DNA of 58,217 nt, counting the filler, from Sphacelaria rigidula (taxonomy: Eukaryota): NCBI GenBank assembly GCA_964200075.2. It is 5 parts of 5 records of this genome, joined end to end, with 100 filler letters (N's around TTAATTAATTAA, not from the genome) between each part and the next. Parts side by side here need not be neighbours in the genome. Positions count along the whole stretch, not along the records: positions 34,995 to 46,556 come from CAXNAA020004778.1; positions 46,657 to 58,217 come from CAXNAA020004779.1; 3 more parts are not named here. One strand, written 5' to 3'. Both the position numbers and the translations under genes were made by a program. The notes under the pieces were generated by a model. It was not told where the DNA came from and made no database searches. It saw only the letters and a list, made by a program, of their open reading frames with translations. Positions 38,201 to 47,850 of the stretch are shown here, one piece after another (positions within the stretch are counted from its first letter, which is position 1; each line of letters starts with the position of its first letter).

Positions 38201-38466
38201 CAGGTTGCCAAGAAAGGGGATCTGACATTGATGCGTCATTCCCTGACGACACCACTGAAGCCGGATCGGGCGGAGAAGGTGGATCACAGGGACCCAACTT
38301 GGATGCAGCACTTTTAAAGGAGCTGGAGGCTGAATATCCTGAAGAAAATTGCGGGTGTCATGGCACTAGCACTAGAGGAGTTTAGTGTGTTGTTTTTTTA
38401 ATTGAAGCAGACGACGCTGCCACCAGTGACTCCGAACTTCCGGTGCCAGGTTGCGCGAAGCGACGA

Positions 38467-39390
38467 CCTACCGCCTTTGTTGTCCACTGTGAAAGTGGTG
38501 GAAATGTTCAACTAATAGGTGCCGAAGATTTCTTGCAAGTGTTGGGAGCCGCTGATGCTGATTGGAAAGCTCTGGATTGTGTCAAAGTAAATCAGATCGG
38601 AAAAGGGTTACGGTTGCTACGCACCGTTCCGGACCGCCGTTCTTTCCACAATCTAGTGGAAGAACTGCAACCAGAGGTACTTGCAGGGGAGGCGAGTCGG
38701 GTTATGCTAATCGATCGAACCATTCCGGTGTCGGAGTCAATCATTGCCACCAAGGAGTTAGTCGAGTCATCCCTCTCTCCAGCTTCGGTGTCAGCGCTAA
38801 TCTTGGAGGGCACGGCTGCGGTGGTGAGCTCTTCCAGCTGGGAGGAACTCGTTGTTCCGTTGTTGGGCGGAGCCGATTGTCTCACAGAGCAAGATTCCGT
38901 CTCAGCCGTGCAGGTGGGCACACCGTATGGGAAGAGACGGACCTACGTAGTCGCAGTAAAAGCTAGCTGTGGACGGGATGTGCAACTGCGAGCGTGGAGC
39001 CGACGTCTTGAAGCGTACGCAGTCTCCTGCCCCACATTGGAGCAGCTGTTGGGCCGGGAAAGGACCAACTTTTTGGAGCCGACGGGACAAGGCAGGTCGA
39101 TTCACACTTTCGAGAAACCGATGCCCACGTTGTCTCGATCTCGGTTGACAAAAGGAAAACCAAAACGCGAGGAATGCACGCCTCACGAAGTCGACGCGGG
39201 GAGATGGAAAGAAGCAATCGAACTTGAGAGGGTCGACTTTGAAAGAGTTACTATTATACGACTCTCGACTATTACGAGAGACCGCCCACTGTGAATGACG
39301 ATGCGCTGCCAGGGATTGTGGCGAGTTTCGTTCACCCTTGGATGATGGAGGCGACGCTAGCCACTTTGGAGGCTGAAGGATTGTTGAGCC
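38467..39390 (+). pseudogene. Degenerate C5 DNA cytosine methyltransferase-like domain inside Gypsy pol
   Basis: Motifs in canonical order: I VHCESGG, II VLGAADADWKALDCVKVN, IV region PEVLAGEA (no PC), VI LILEGT, VIII VSAVQVGTPYGKRRTYVVAVK, TRD-like RSIHTFEKPMPTL, IX-like LERVDFERV, X-like IVASFVHPWMMEATL. Confidence 0.7.
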
Positions 39391-39626
39391 CGATCCAGAG
39401 CCGAACTGACGTGGATATGGGTCTGAGTACGCTCGCAACGCTGTGGCCTCATGACGAAGTGGATATACAGGAGGATTGGGGAGCCGCTGCTACCCTTTGG
39501 TCGGCTCGAGATTCCGGTCAGGGATCTGACCAAGACGACTGTAGTGAGGAGATTTCGACTGGGGAGTCATAGCTGCATGATGAAAGTAGACCCAAAACAG
39601 TTATCGATCAGGCGAGAGCGATCCTG

Positions 39627-40500
39627 TTGGACAAGCCGCGGCTGGGGCAGCTCCAAGAACAGGACTCGCGGCTTGGGCCCATCAGAGACACGTTACTTCA
39701 GAAAGACAAAAGGAAGAATACTAATCAGGAGCAGGAGCCGCATGTTCTGGATGATGACCTATTGTGTTTTATATCACCCAGAGCATCAGCTAAGTTCGCT
39801 GTTCCACGCAGTCTGGTGCCTGGCTTGCTGGCATTAGTGCACATAACCTACGGGCATGCCGGGGTGATGAGGACAAGTGCGGTAGTCAGGGCACGCTATG
39901 AGTGGACCGGCCTCTACGCCGACACTCGCAAATACGTCTTGTCTTGCGGCTGTCGACGACGTAAGCGCACTCATAGTCATGTCATAGCGATGCGGCCAGC
40001 CCGATTCTTGCCGCCATGGGAAGTCATAGAATTGGACATATCCGTGATGCAGCAGATCTCCACTACGGTAGCAGGTACTCGTTGGTTTACTAATAGTAGG
40101 GTGACCAAGTTTCTTCTTGTTTTCCCGCTATTATAGCGGTCAAGATCACTGAACCCGTAGCCAAGTGCCTACTTGAACTCTTCTTGAAATTCGGGGTACC
40201 ATATTTCTCTAGGAGTGACGCTGGGGGGGCTTCACTTCGGCAGTAGTCAGCCATGTATGCCAGTGGATGACGGTGAAAGCTGGATCATGGTCCGGCTGAT
40301 TACCCTCGCGGTCAGGGTGCAGTAGAGCGGTATTGAGGGTAGTTACACGATGTCTTGGAGGAGATATGCAAGCAATGGCCTGAAAGGTGGGACGAGTATG
40401 TAGATCCCACAATATGGACTCACCGCACTACCCCCGATCCGTCGCTGCCAGATAACCCCACGCCATTCAAGCTGTTTTTGGGCGCGAGCCTTGCACCCAA
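39627..40500 (+). pseudogene. Gypsy integrase (zinc-binding + core, frameshifted)
   Basis: HITYGHAGVMRT...YEWTGLYADTRKYVLSCGC, PWEVIELDI, FGVP, QGAVER, WDEYV, TPFKLF. Confidence 0.9.
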
Positions 40501-40934
40501 TTACACGCTGTGTCACCGTAAGTAAAGTCACGACCGTTGAAAATACAGTGGAACAACGACAGAACCATAAGGAAGTTCAGGAGTTACTAGCTCAACGCCA
40601 TCAGCGAAGGAATGGGGTGAGATCAGCTAGAATCGCCGAGATGTCAAGTCAGTCGGCCGGAGTACAAGCTCAAGTACGGGACTTGATGCTGGTTAAAGAG
40701 TCAGACAGCTCCCTCATGAACGAAAACCCATGGACAGTGCAACAAGTGATGATACCGGGCCTCAGCCTGAAAGTCGGGATGCATGGGCGCAAGATACGCG
40801 AGCGGACGGTTTCCGCGGCCGACGTGAAGAAATTTCACGCGGGGCCAGAACAATCACGACACTCATTCCCAAAACGAGTACGCACAGTTACGTGGGGGGC
40901 TGACGTGGGACTGGCAGCGGTCATTGCGTCGGAG

Positions 40935-41110
40935 TCACCGTTATACGCTCTGATTGATAGGAGAGTGGTATTGGGATCAGGATCATCGTAGTTATGGGAG
41001 TATCGGGGGTTGTATCACGATGGAGCGGAGTTGCACTGGCTATCCGAGGAGGAGGCTTTAGATAGCTTCACCGGGTTACAACTGGACGTATCACATGCCT
41101 TGTGGGAGCT
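40935..41110 (+). pseudogene. Chromodomain-like module of pol
   Basis: PLYALIDRRVV...*LWEYRGLYHDGAELHWLSEEE resembles the chromo pattern I.D.R...EY...W......W..E. Confidence 0.5.
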
Positions 41111-41199
41111 GTATTATCCAATAACCCGACCACGTCCATCCAGTACGTTATCCCGAGCAGAGAGGGACTCAATCGCTCGGGATCAAGCGTTACAGCAGA

Positions 41200-41594
41200 T
41201 TCCTCGAGGAAGGAAGATCCGTAAACATTTCACGGACAACAAAGGTGAGCAGCGGGAATATGAAAAGGTGCTTTTCGATTCCGTCAGCCGTACTAGAGGT
41301 ATCTCAAACTCGGCTCCCGGTATCTTGGTTTATTCGCTGGCTCTGAGTTGTGTACTATTCTCTCAAGTGAAAATGATCGCGATTCAAAGAAGGACCTGAC
41401 CTGGCGTTGAAAGGGTCACATCATATGATGAATCGCCATCACTTTCGCTCGAAAAAATAAAAATAAAACAAACCAGGATACCGGGAGCCGAGTATGAGAT
41501 TCCTCTACTATCGTGTTAAGTGCGAAGATGGAGATTGGGAAGAGATGACCTCGTTACAGGTGAAAAAGTACACGGCGAATGACACGAACGGATG
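41200..41594 (+). pseudogene. Tudor-like C-terminal module of pol, split by a MITE
   Basis: GRKIRKHFTDNKGEQREYEKVLFD-(insertion)-PYYRVKCEDGDWEEM...KKY; one 1-nt frameshift needed. Confidence 0.55.
41296..41505. mobile_element. 210-bp MITE inserted in Gypsy pol
   Basis: TIRs GAGGTATCTCAAACTCGGCTCCCGGTATCTTGGTTT / AAACCAGGATACCGGGAGCCGAGTATGAGATTCCTC; TACTA direct repeat on both sides (41291-41295, 41506-41510). Confidence 0.85.
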
Positions 41595-41848
41595 AGCAGG
41601 TCACGGGTCGAGTCCGATACTCAGCCAGTATGAAGATACGAGACGTGAAGATGAAGACTTAAGAGCCCTAGGACCGTTTCAACACGGTGTTTAAATTCCG
41701 TACGTGGCCTAACCCGGCAGAGAGGTTGTCAAGATCGGCGGCTACGCAAGATGACGACGACGTCGATAGTGCAGGGAAGATGAGCATGGTGACGCGGCGA
41801 TCCTACGTCGAACCACGTTCAGTCAGAGGGCGTTTCAACCCTAGGCCT

Positions 41849-41856
41849 GAGGGGGG
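41849..41856 (+). other. Polypurine tract
   Basis: GAGGGGGG one base upstream of TGTTAAGG. Confidence 0.7.
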
Positions 41857-41857
41857 T

Positions 41858-42577
41858 TGTTAAGGATCGCAGCGTAGTGGTGAAGGGTCAGTACGATGAT
41901 GGGCTAGCCATTCGACTAGCGAGCCCGGAGGGCTGGGCGGACGTGCCTCCTTCCATCCAGTTGGATTCAATTTTTTCTCGGGACAAAATCGAACTGGGTG
42001 GCGCCTTGGTGTTCAACACTCTCGGCAAAGACGAAGCGAAGCTGATGCTTGATTGAGTTCTCAACATCACCAATACGTGAAAGAAAACCATCGCCTTGAG
42101 GCTGTGCTCAAGACATACATTCTGGCGTTCAGCGTGACGTGTTCTGCGTTGAACTGAGCATCCCTGTCGCTGGATACCGTGCGTGAGTTGATTGCCGTTT
42201 GCTGTGAAAACGGTGAGTCAAACGCTTGATATCGTAATTGGATCGGAACTTGCGTGCATAGAAATGGATAGTAAGATAAGATTACAGTTATCGTGTAGAA
42301 ATAGTCATATAAATACCTATACGGTCGGTGACGTTTGTTTGCATGTGCGACGGTACTAGCCACATTTTAGTTTGCCTGCCAAGTTTCGGTGTTCATCATC
42401 TCGCTATTCGCGCTTTACGAACATTTATGTAGAGAACGAGCTATGTTACCCGTATCTTTGAAACTTGCGCTGCTCGGTCCGTTTTTGCTGCGCTGTTACA
42501 TCTGGAATAGAGTATTTTTAGCTTATTTGACGGCAAGAGTAGTTCGTGTTGATCATCACGCTTGTAACGATCTTACA
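41858..42577 (+). repeat. 3' LTR (about 720 bp)
   Basis: TG...CA ends with imperfect terminal inverted repeat TGTTAAGGATCG / CGATCTTACA, directly after the PPT; no partner LTR in the window. Confidence 0.65.
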
Positions 42578-42689
42578 AGTGACACATAAATCCAACAGCT
42601 GTCAAAATGTGCTGATAATAAACTCTCGACTGTACACGCGAAAAGCTCGCGTTCATGGAACCGTGGCAACCAGAACGTCCCCCTTACAA

Positions 42690-43340
42690 AGCCTGCTGCT
42701 CAACAGAGACTACTCTCCTTGAAAAGTTGGGGATAGGGGGCGGACGTCGGAGGGCGTACCGCGGTATTCGGAGTGCTCTGTGCTGCTGTCCCGGTTTGCT
42801 GCTGCAGTACGGCACCTGAGAACGACGATCAACTCCTTGACCACCATCCTTGGTCATCTGGGTCTCCCGGTTACTCTTCAAGTGCAAGTGACGCGCATCC
42901 AACACGTGACCGTCAGAATCTTCGACCGCTAGGGAAAACTTTGACCGCATGCGTCGTCTGTTGAATCGCCATCTTTCCGTACAAACAGTATTTTCACTCA
43001 TGAAGACCGACATTGGCTAGGTAGATAGATGGGCTGGCAGCGTGTACACCGCCATTGCGAGACTTCCACCTTCCCCCCTCGGTCTGACCGTGCTCTGTGC
43101 GTGACACACACACACACATCCATTATGAGCCTCTTCGTGCATCTCGGACGAGAAGGGGTACATGAGGTTTGCAGAGGGGACATTTTCCCCCGGCAAGCGG
43201 CGAGCATTTTGGTGCACCTTCTTCACACACCTTTCGCGCGTGTTGAGTTTCCAGGACATTAGACTCCGCAAAAGACTTCCCCGTAAGTTCGTGAACTCTG
43301 CATGATGAGTCACTCGCCCTTCTATCCCCCGTCAGCGTCA
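42690..43340 (-). mobile_element. Possible highly decayed Ty1/copia RNase H remnant
   Basis: Weak fragments VLDARHLHLK (cf. HIDVRHHFLR) and VVKELIVVLRCRTA. Confidence 0.25.
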
Positions 43341-44245
43341 CGACTATATGTTCACCGCTCGGGTTGGGGAGAATTTTGAATTCGTCGCGTTAATCAGGGC
43401 CGGGGCTTGAACCTGGAACATCTGCTCATAAAGCATACAGACTACACAGTATCTCATCATGTCGCCGACGTGGAAAAGTGATGAGCCATCGGCGCAAACT
43501 TTTGGGAGATTCTCCCCACGATGTGGTGGTATCCACAGTACGGCTAAACTTATTTGGTCGTCTCATGAATTTCGGCGTGCGCTCAAGCGTGTCACGCCGA
43601 ACAGGACGCGAGACAGCCTACTCCAAGCCTGCAGACCATAGCCAGGGCTAAAACCCGAGAACTGAGAAACACCAGCATGGGGAATACCCTCTTGGCATTT
43701 TAGGGAGGGCACATGATAGACGGGTAGAGTGAAGGAGCCTCAGCATGAAACTTCGAGCAAGCTTTACCTACAGTTCCAGTATGTCGCGTGCTTGAATAAT
43801 TTTCACTATTCCTAGGTGACTGATATCAGACACATCTGCTTCCCATCGGGTGTACTCATGATCTTGCATGCCGTAGTCATAGGACCGCTGACCTCGAATC
43901 CCTACAACGTCGGGACGGAGCACGCCGGGTTTTCGCCGGACCAGGCTTGCAATAACCAAGCGCGAAGCGCCGTGATGTGTTCGGCGAATAGCATGAAAGG
44001 GTGACCTGCATCCTATTAATATTAAGACTGTTCGGCCCGGAGGGTACTGATTATCTTGCAAACGGATGACAGCCTACAATGAGTTGCTTCATTTTCTGGT
44101 ATTGCCAGAGACAGCCACGGGCTACACCCTGCCTCATGGGTGTCTCACAATCGGGGAGGGGTAAGGTACCGCAACTGAGAACCGCAGGTTCATTTGTTTG
44201 TCCTGGAAGAAGCTGCTGTTTTTTATTTGGCAGCTTTTCGCTCAC

Positions 44246-45716
44246 CTTCCAAGGTCTGGTCGAAGATGGTGGTCGCAGTAGCCCAACGCATACCTGGATC
44301 CGGACCCACTGACCGCAAACGGTTGCTCCAGCAACGATCCCCCCTTTCAGCCAGCGACAGCATGGCACCCGAACCACCAGATTACAACATGACAGAGCGC
44401 ACCACGAAGAAATAGCAGAACGTCAGAACGGAAACAGCCAAAATGACGCGAAGATGGCAGGGATGACGGGGCGATATGCGCCAGGAGCTCAAGGTTGGCA
44501 AATGTCACACTGGTGAACAAACACGACCTTGCAAACTGAAAGTTTGACAAAAGTGAGATTTCGGGTGAATGAGGCGTGTGCCTGCGGTGGGGAACATGTC
44601 ATAGCTTCGAAGTTGACACGGGGCGGTGACCCACCGCCGACCACTTGGTACATTTTCTTCTCCTGGTCGCTCCGGCTGTTGTGGTATTTTTCAAACTTTC
44701 TATGATACCCCCCCCCCCAAAAAAAAAATTGTGCCTGGTTTGGGGGGGCAAAATCTTCACGGAAATCGAAGTGGGAAAAGTCGAGCACAACGAGTACCTG
44801 GGAATTCCCACGCTTGGGTTCGTTCTCGCCAATGTCGCCCATATGAGGCGCTTCATGCAGCCTGAACCCAAAGATCAGGCGCTGTATGACATTTTTTCTC
44901 GTGAAACTTTCGGGCTGGTTTTTTTGGGGGGGGGAGGCTATCGTAAAAAGTGTCTGATTTTTTCTCTTTTTCTAGGGGCCGGTAGGAGATCTCAGCCTGG
45001 CAGGTTTCTCTTGTTGCTGCCTTTCCCTGTCCTTTCCCTCTTCAATTGTCCTATCTTTTCTTTGATCTCTAGAGATGTTTTTCGGGAATCTGCCTTGATC
45101 ACGCCCTCCTTTTGACCACGACTGGGGTCGGTCGCACCCGATCAGATAACGTGCGATAACCAATCTATCAAATTATCCATTTATGAAATCAATCAATATA
45201 TCAATGTATCAATCAACCGATCAATCGATCAACCAACCCAGCAAAGTCGCGGGAAGAGCTCGGAATATCTTCGATGGTCACCACGCAATAGGCAGAGTTG
45301 GTCTTGAACAGAACACAAGCATGCTCACCCGCTTGACCGCGGGGCGTTAGAGATCGTTACTACAGTACACGGGGCATGAGCACGTGTGAACCAAAAGCAC
45401 AACGCGTCTCCAGTGGCACACGCGGACACCAACGGACACCAGTCCCGAGCAACAGTTGCCAGTAAAGCTGAATTCTGACCGATTTGCCCATCTTCCATCA
45501 GACAACACGCAAAAAGTACCTGAGGAATTGCGAAAACTGACCCGCCCTCCCGCGCGTCCCAGCCGGCGCAAATGATCCCTGCGCTCAGCTGGTCCTTGTT
45601 GGCGTAGCACAGGTTCTTTGTCACTGTCGCCGCCGCGCGGACTGTTGGTGGGCGCCCAAATTCCGTTCGGTAGGCGTCCAGCTTTGACTCGAGCACTGCA
45701 GCCACGAACTGGGTGT
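44246..45716 (-). CDS. 20S proteasome beta1 (PSMB6/Pre3)-like subunit, two internal exons, divergent
   Basis: Exon 45716-45520 DTQFVAAVL...PTVRAAATVTKNLCYANKDQLSAGIICAGWDAREGGSVFAIPQ; exon 44343-44246 GGSLLEQPFAVSGSGSRYALGYCDHHLRPDLG; phase-0 junction. Confidence 0.85.
44693..44953 (-). mobile_element. MITE with G/C-run TIRs, copy B (intronic)
   Basis: Inverted homologue of 3323-3579 with the same TIRs. Confidence 0.8.
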
Positions 45717-46556
45717 CTGAGTGAATGGCAGCGCGACAAGAGAGGGAGAGGCAGCAGTACTTGTTGTGAACAGACGCTAGACCCGCTGTGGACGATCCGG
45801 TCAAGAATCAAAAAGATCGATAATGAAATATCAGGCAGTGGCCGGACAAGAGTATATCTCGACGTTCCTGTCGCGTTATATTACAGTGGTCGGCGAGCTT
45901 CCTCCACGTCAGATATAGTTCATAGTGGTATATTTCGGCGGTGTGCCAACACTCGTAGAAAAATGACCATGACTCATGCTGAACGGATCGGCCATATCTT
46001 GAGTGACGCCTAATGGCACAGCAGGGGCACAAACACGAGTAACCAAATCGGTGAGTTGTGGGACAAAAGGGGGGATAACCCGAAACGAGTAGTAATCTTA
46101 CGATAGGGAGGGGGCGTAGAGGTTCGAGCGATTTCTCGCGTGAAGGAGTCACGTCGAGATGTAGCTGCAAGCAGTAAATTTCACTCAAATTCTCTCGGTA
46201 TCAACATAACGCAGGCATGCGCGTCGACAACCACCGGTTTTACCCACGTACCGATACACAACGGGTGTGTCAGGCCGTATACCGCGGCCATGGACCCCTT
46301 TGTTTCGTGTAATCGAACACCCACCACCTGTCGTAGTATCACTCTTCTTTTCTTTTCTTTCCCTCACACTTGGAATCCCTCCCCTTCCTCGGGATGAGCC
46401 CGTGGTCTCAAGAGTTCAACTCATCTCTCCCCCGGTGCGTGCCTTTAATTTTGATCTCGCGGATTGGATCAGCACTCCCGCACCGCGTCAACTCACGTCA
46501 CACAAACCAAGTCGACTACTTTGTTTACTCACGTTCTCGCGCTTTCCACGGTGGAA

Positions 46557-46656
46557 NNNNNNNNNNNNNNNNNNNNNNNNNNNNNNNNNNNNNNNNNNNN
46601 TTAATTAATTAANNNNNNNNNNNNNNNNNNNNNNNNNNNNNNNNNNNNNNNNNNNN
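46557..46656. other. Assembly gap with artificial linker
   Basis: N-run / TTAATTAATTAA / N-run. Confidence 0.98.
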
Positions 46657-46759
46657 ACAATGAGTTGCTTCATACGGTGGTATCGCCACTCCCAGAGACA
46701 GTCACGGCTTTTACATTACCTCATGGGTGTCCAACCAGAGAAAAAAAAGGGGAGGGGGG

Positions 46760-46875
46760 ACATGTGTTGGCGTTCCTCCTGTGTGGTCCGGCCGATGCGC
46801 CCAAATATACAGAAAGGTGAAGACTGGCGTCCAGAATAATGTAGATGGGATGATAACACAACACAACAACATACA
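46760..46875 (+). repeat. 3' half of a SINE-like repeat related to 32316-32673
   Basis: TGTGTTGGC..TCCT...GGTG..GACTGGCGTCCA...TAGATGGG..ACACAACAC shared. Confidence 0.55.
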
Positions 46876-47850
46876 CATATATCTTGGGTTTCGTTACGCG
46901 CGCGCAGACCTCCACGCAAAAATGATCGCCCAGACGAGATCAACTCCCTACAGCACAGTACTTTAATGATGTGCGTGACGTGACACTTTCATCTCGTGGT
47001 CGAGTGTGTAATGACACGGCCGGTTGGTTGTACAGGAAAGATTCGCTGACTGACTTACGGGCAGCTCAAGCCGGAGACCCATACAACCAGCCATTCAGAG
47101 CTACAAAACAGACATCCCCCGTGAGGCCTCACTCGATTCCTCTGCTATACGCTTTGATTGGGAAGACGGTGGCTACACATACAGGCTTGCTCCCAGCTAG
47201 ACGTGATTACAACACCTCTACCGGAGGCAGTCGCTAGTTGTCACGGGGCGTCTGATATGGGCCAAGATGGTCCGTTTGGTATCAACCACCCTTCCTCCTC
47301 CTTCGACAGTGCAGGTATAAGCACCATCGTTTTTCTGGGCGAAGAACTTGATCGCTGAACAGCTACTGCACTAGCAAGTACAGCATCCAGCACCAACCTC
47401 GGGGTTTGAGGGTGCTGCTACTTTGAGCCCCAACGAAATGGCGTGTTGTACAACATCAAAAGACGAAACTCGAGAACGCACAGGATGTCGTATTATTGCA
47501 TTCTTCGCGGCACGGTACCAAGGCAGGGAATCGGCCAACCCGTCACAAATGAACAACCACGCATCGACGGCATGCAGGTCCTAGTAATTCCTCAACGTGC
47601 GTCACCTATCCGAATTCAGCGAACCCTTCTTTTGCCCCTCATCTCCTGGCCGTTGCCCCCGTTCGAATCCCCGCGAATAGCGCACAACGGCATGGTTGAA
47701 GAAATGAAACAGCGGGAAAACAAGGAACTCGTATCACCACTCACCTCCTCACTGCCGACTCGAAACAAACCGCATACTTACTACCACAGCGCGGCTTTTC
47801 AGTGAAAAAACAAAAGATGCACAGATACACATACAGAGATTGGCTCTCAC

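Larger units (their letters stand above)
36090..42577 (+). mobile_element. Decayed Ty3/Gypsy LTR retrotransposon (gag and 5' LTR not seen) with DNMT-like, chromo-like and Tudor-like domains
   Basis: RT-RH-INT order, PPT and 3' LTR; many stops and frameshifts; 5' limit approximate. Confidence 0.9.

Noticed and set aside
33247-44343. Fusion of proteasome beta1 exons to the orphan gene (both phase 2)
   Set aside because: A phase match arises by chance one time in three, and an assembly gap and 11 kb intervene.
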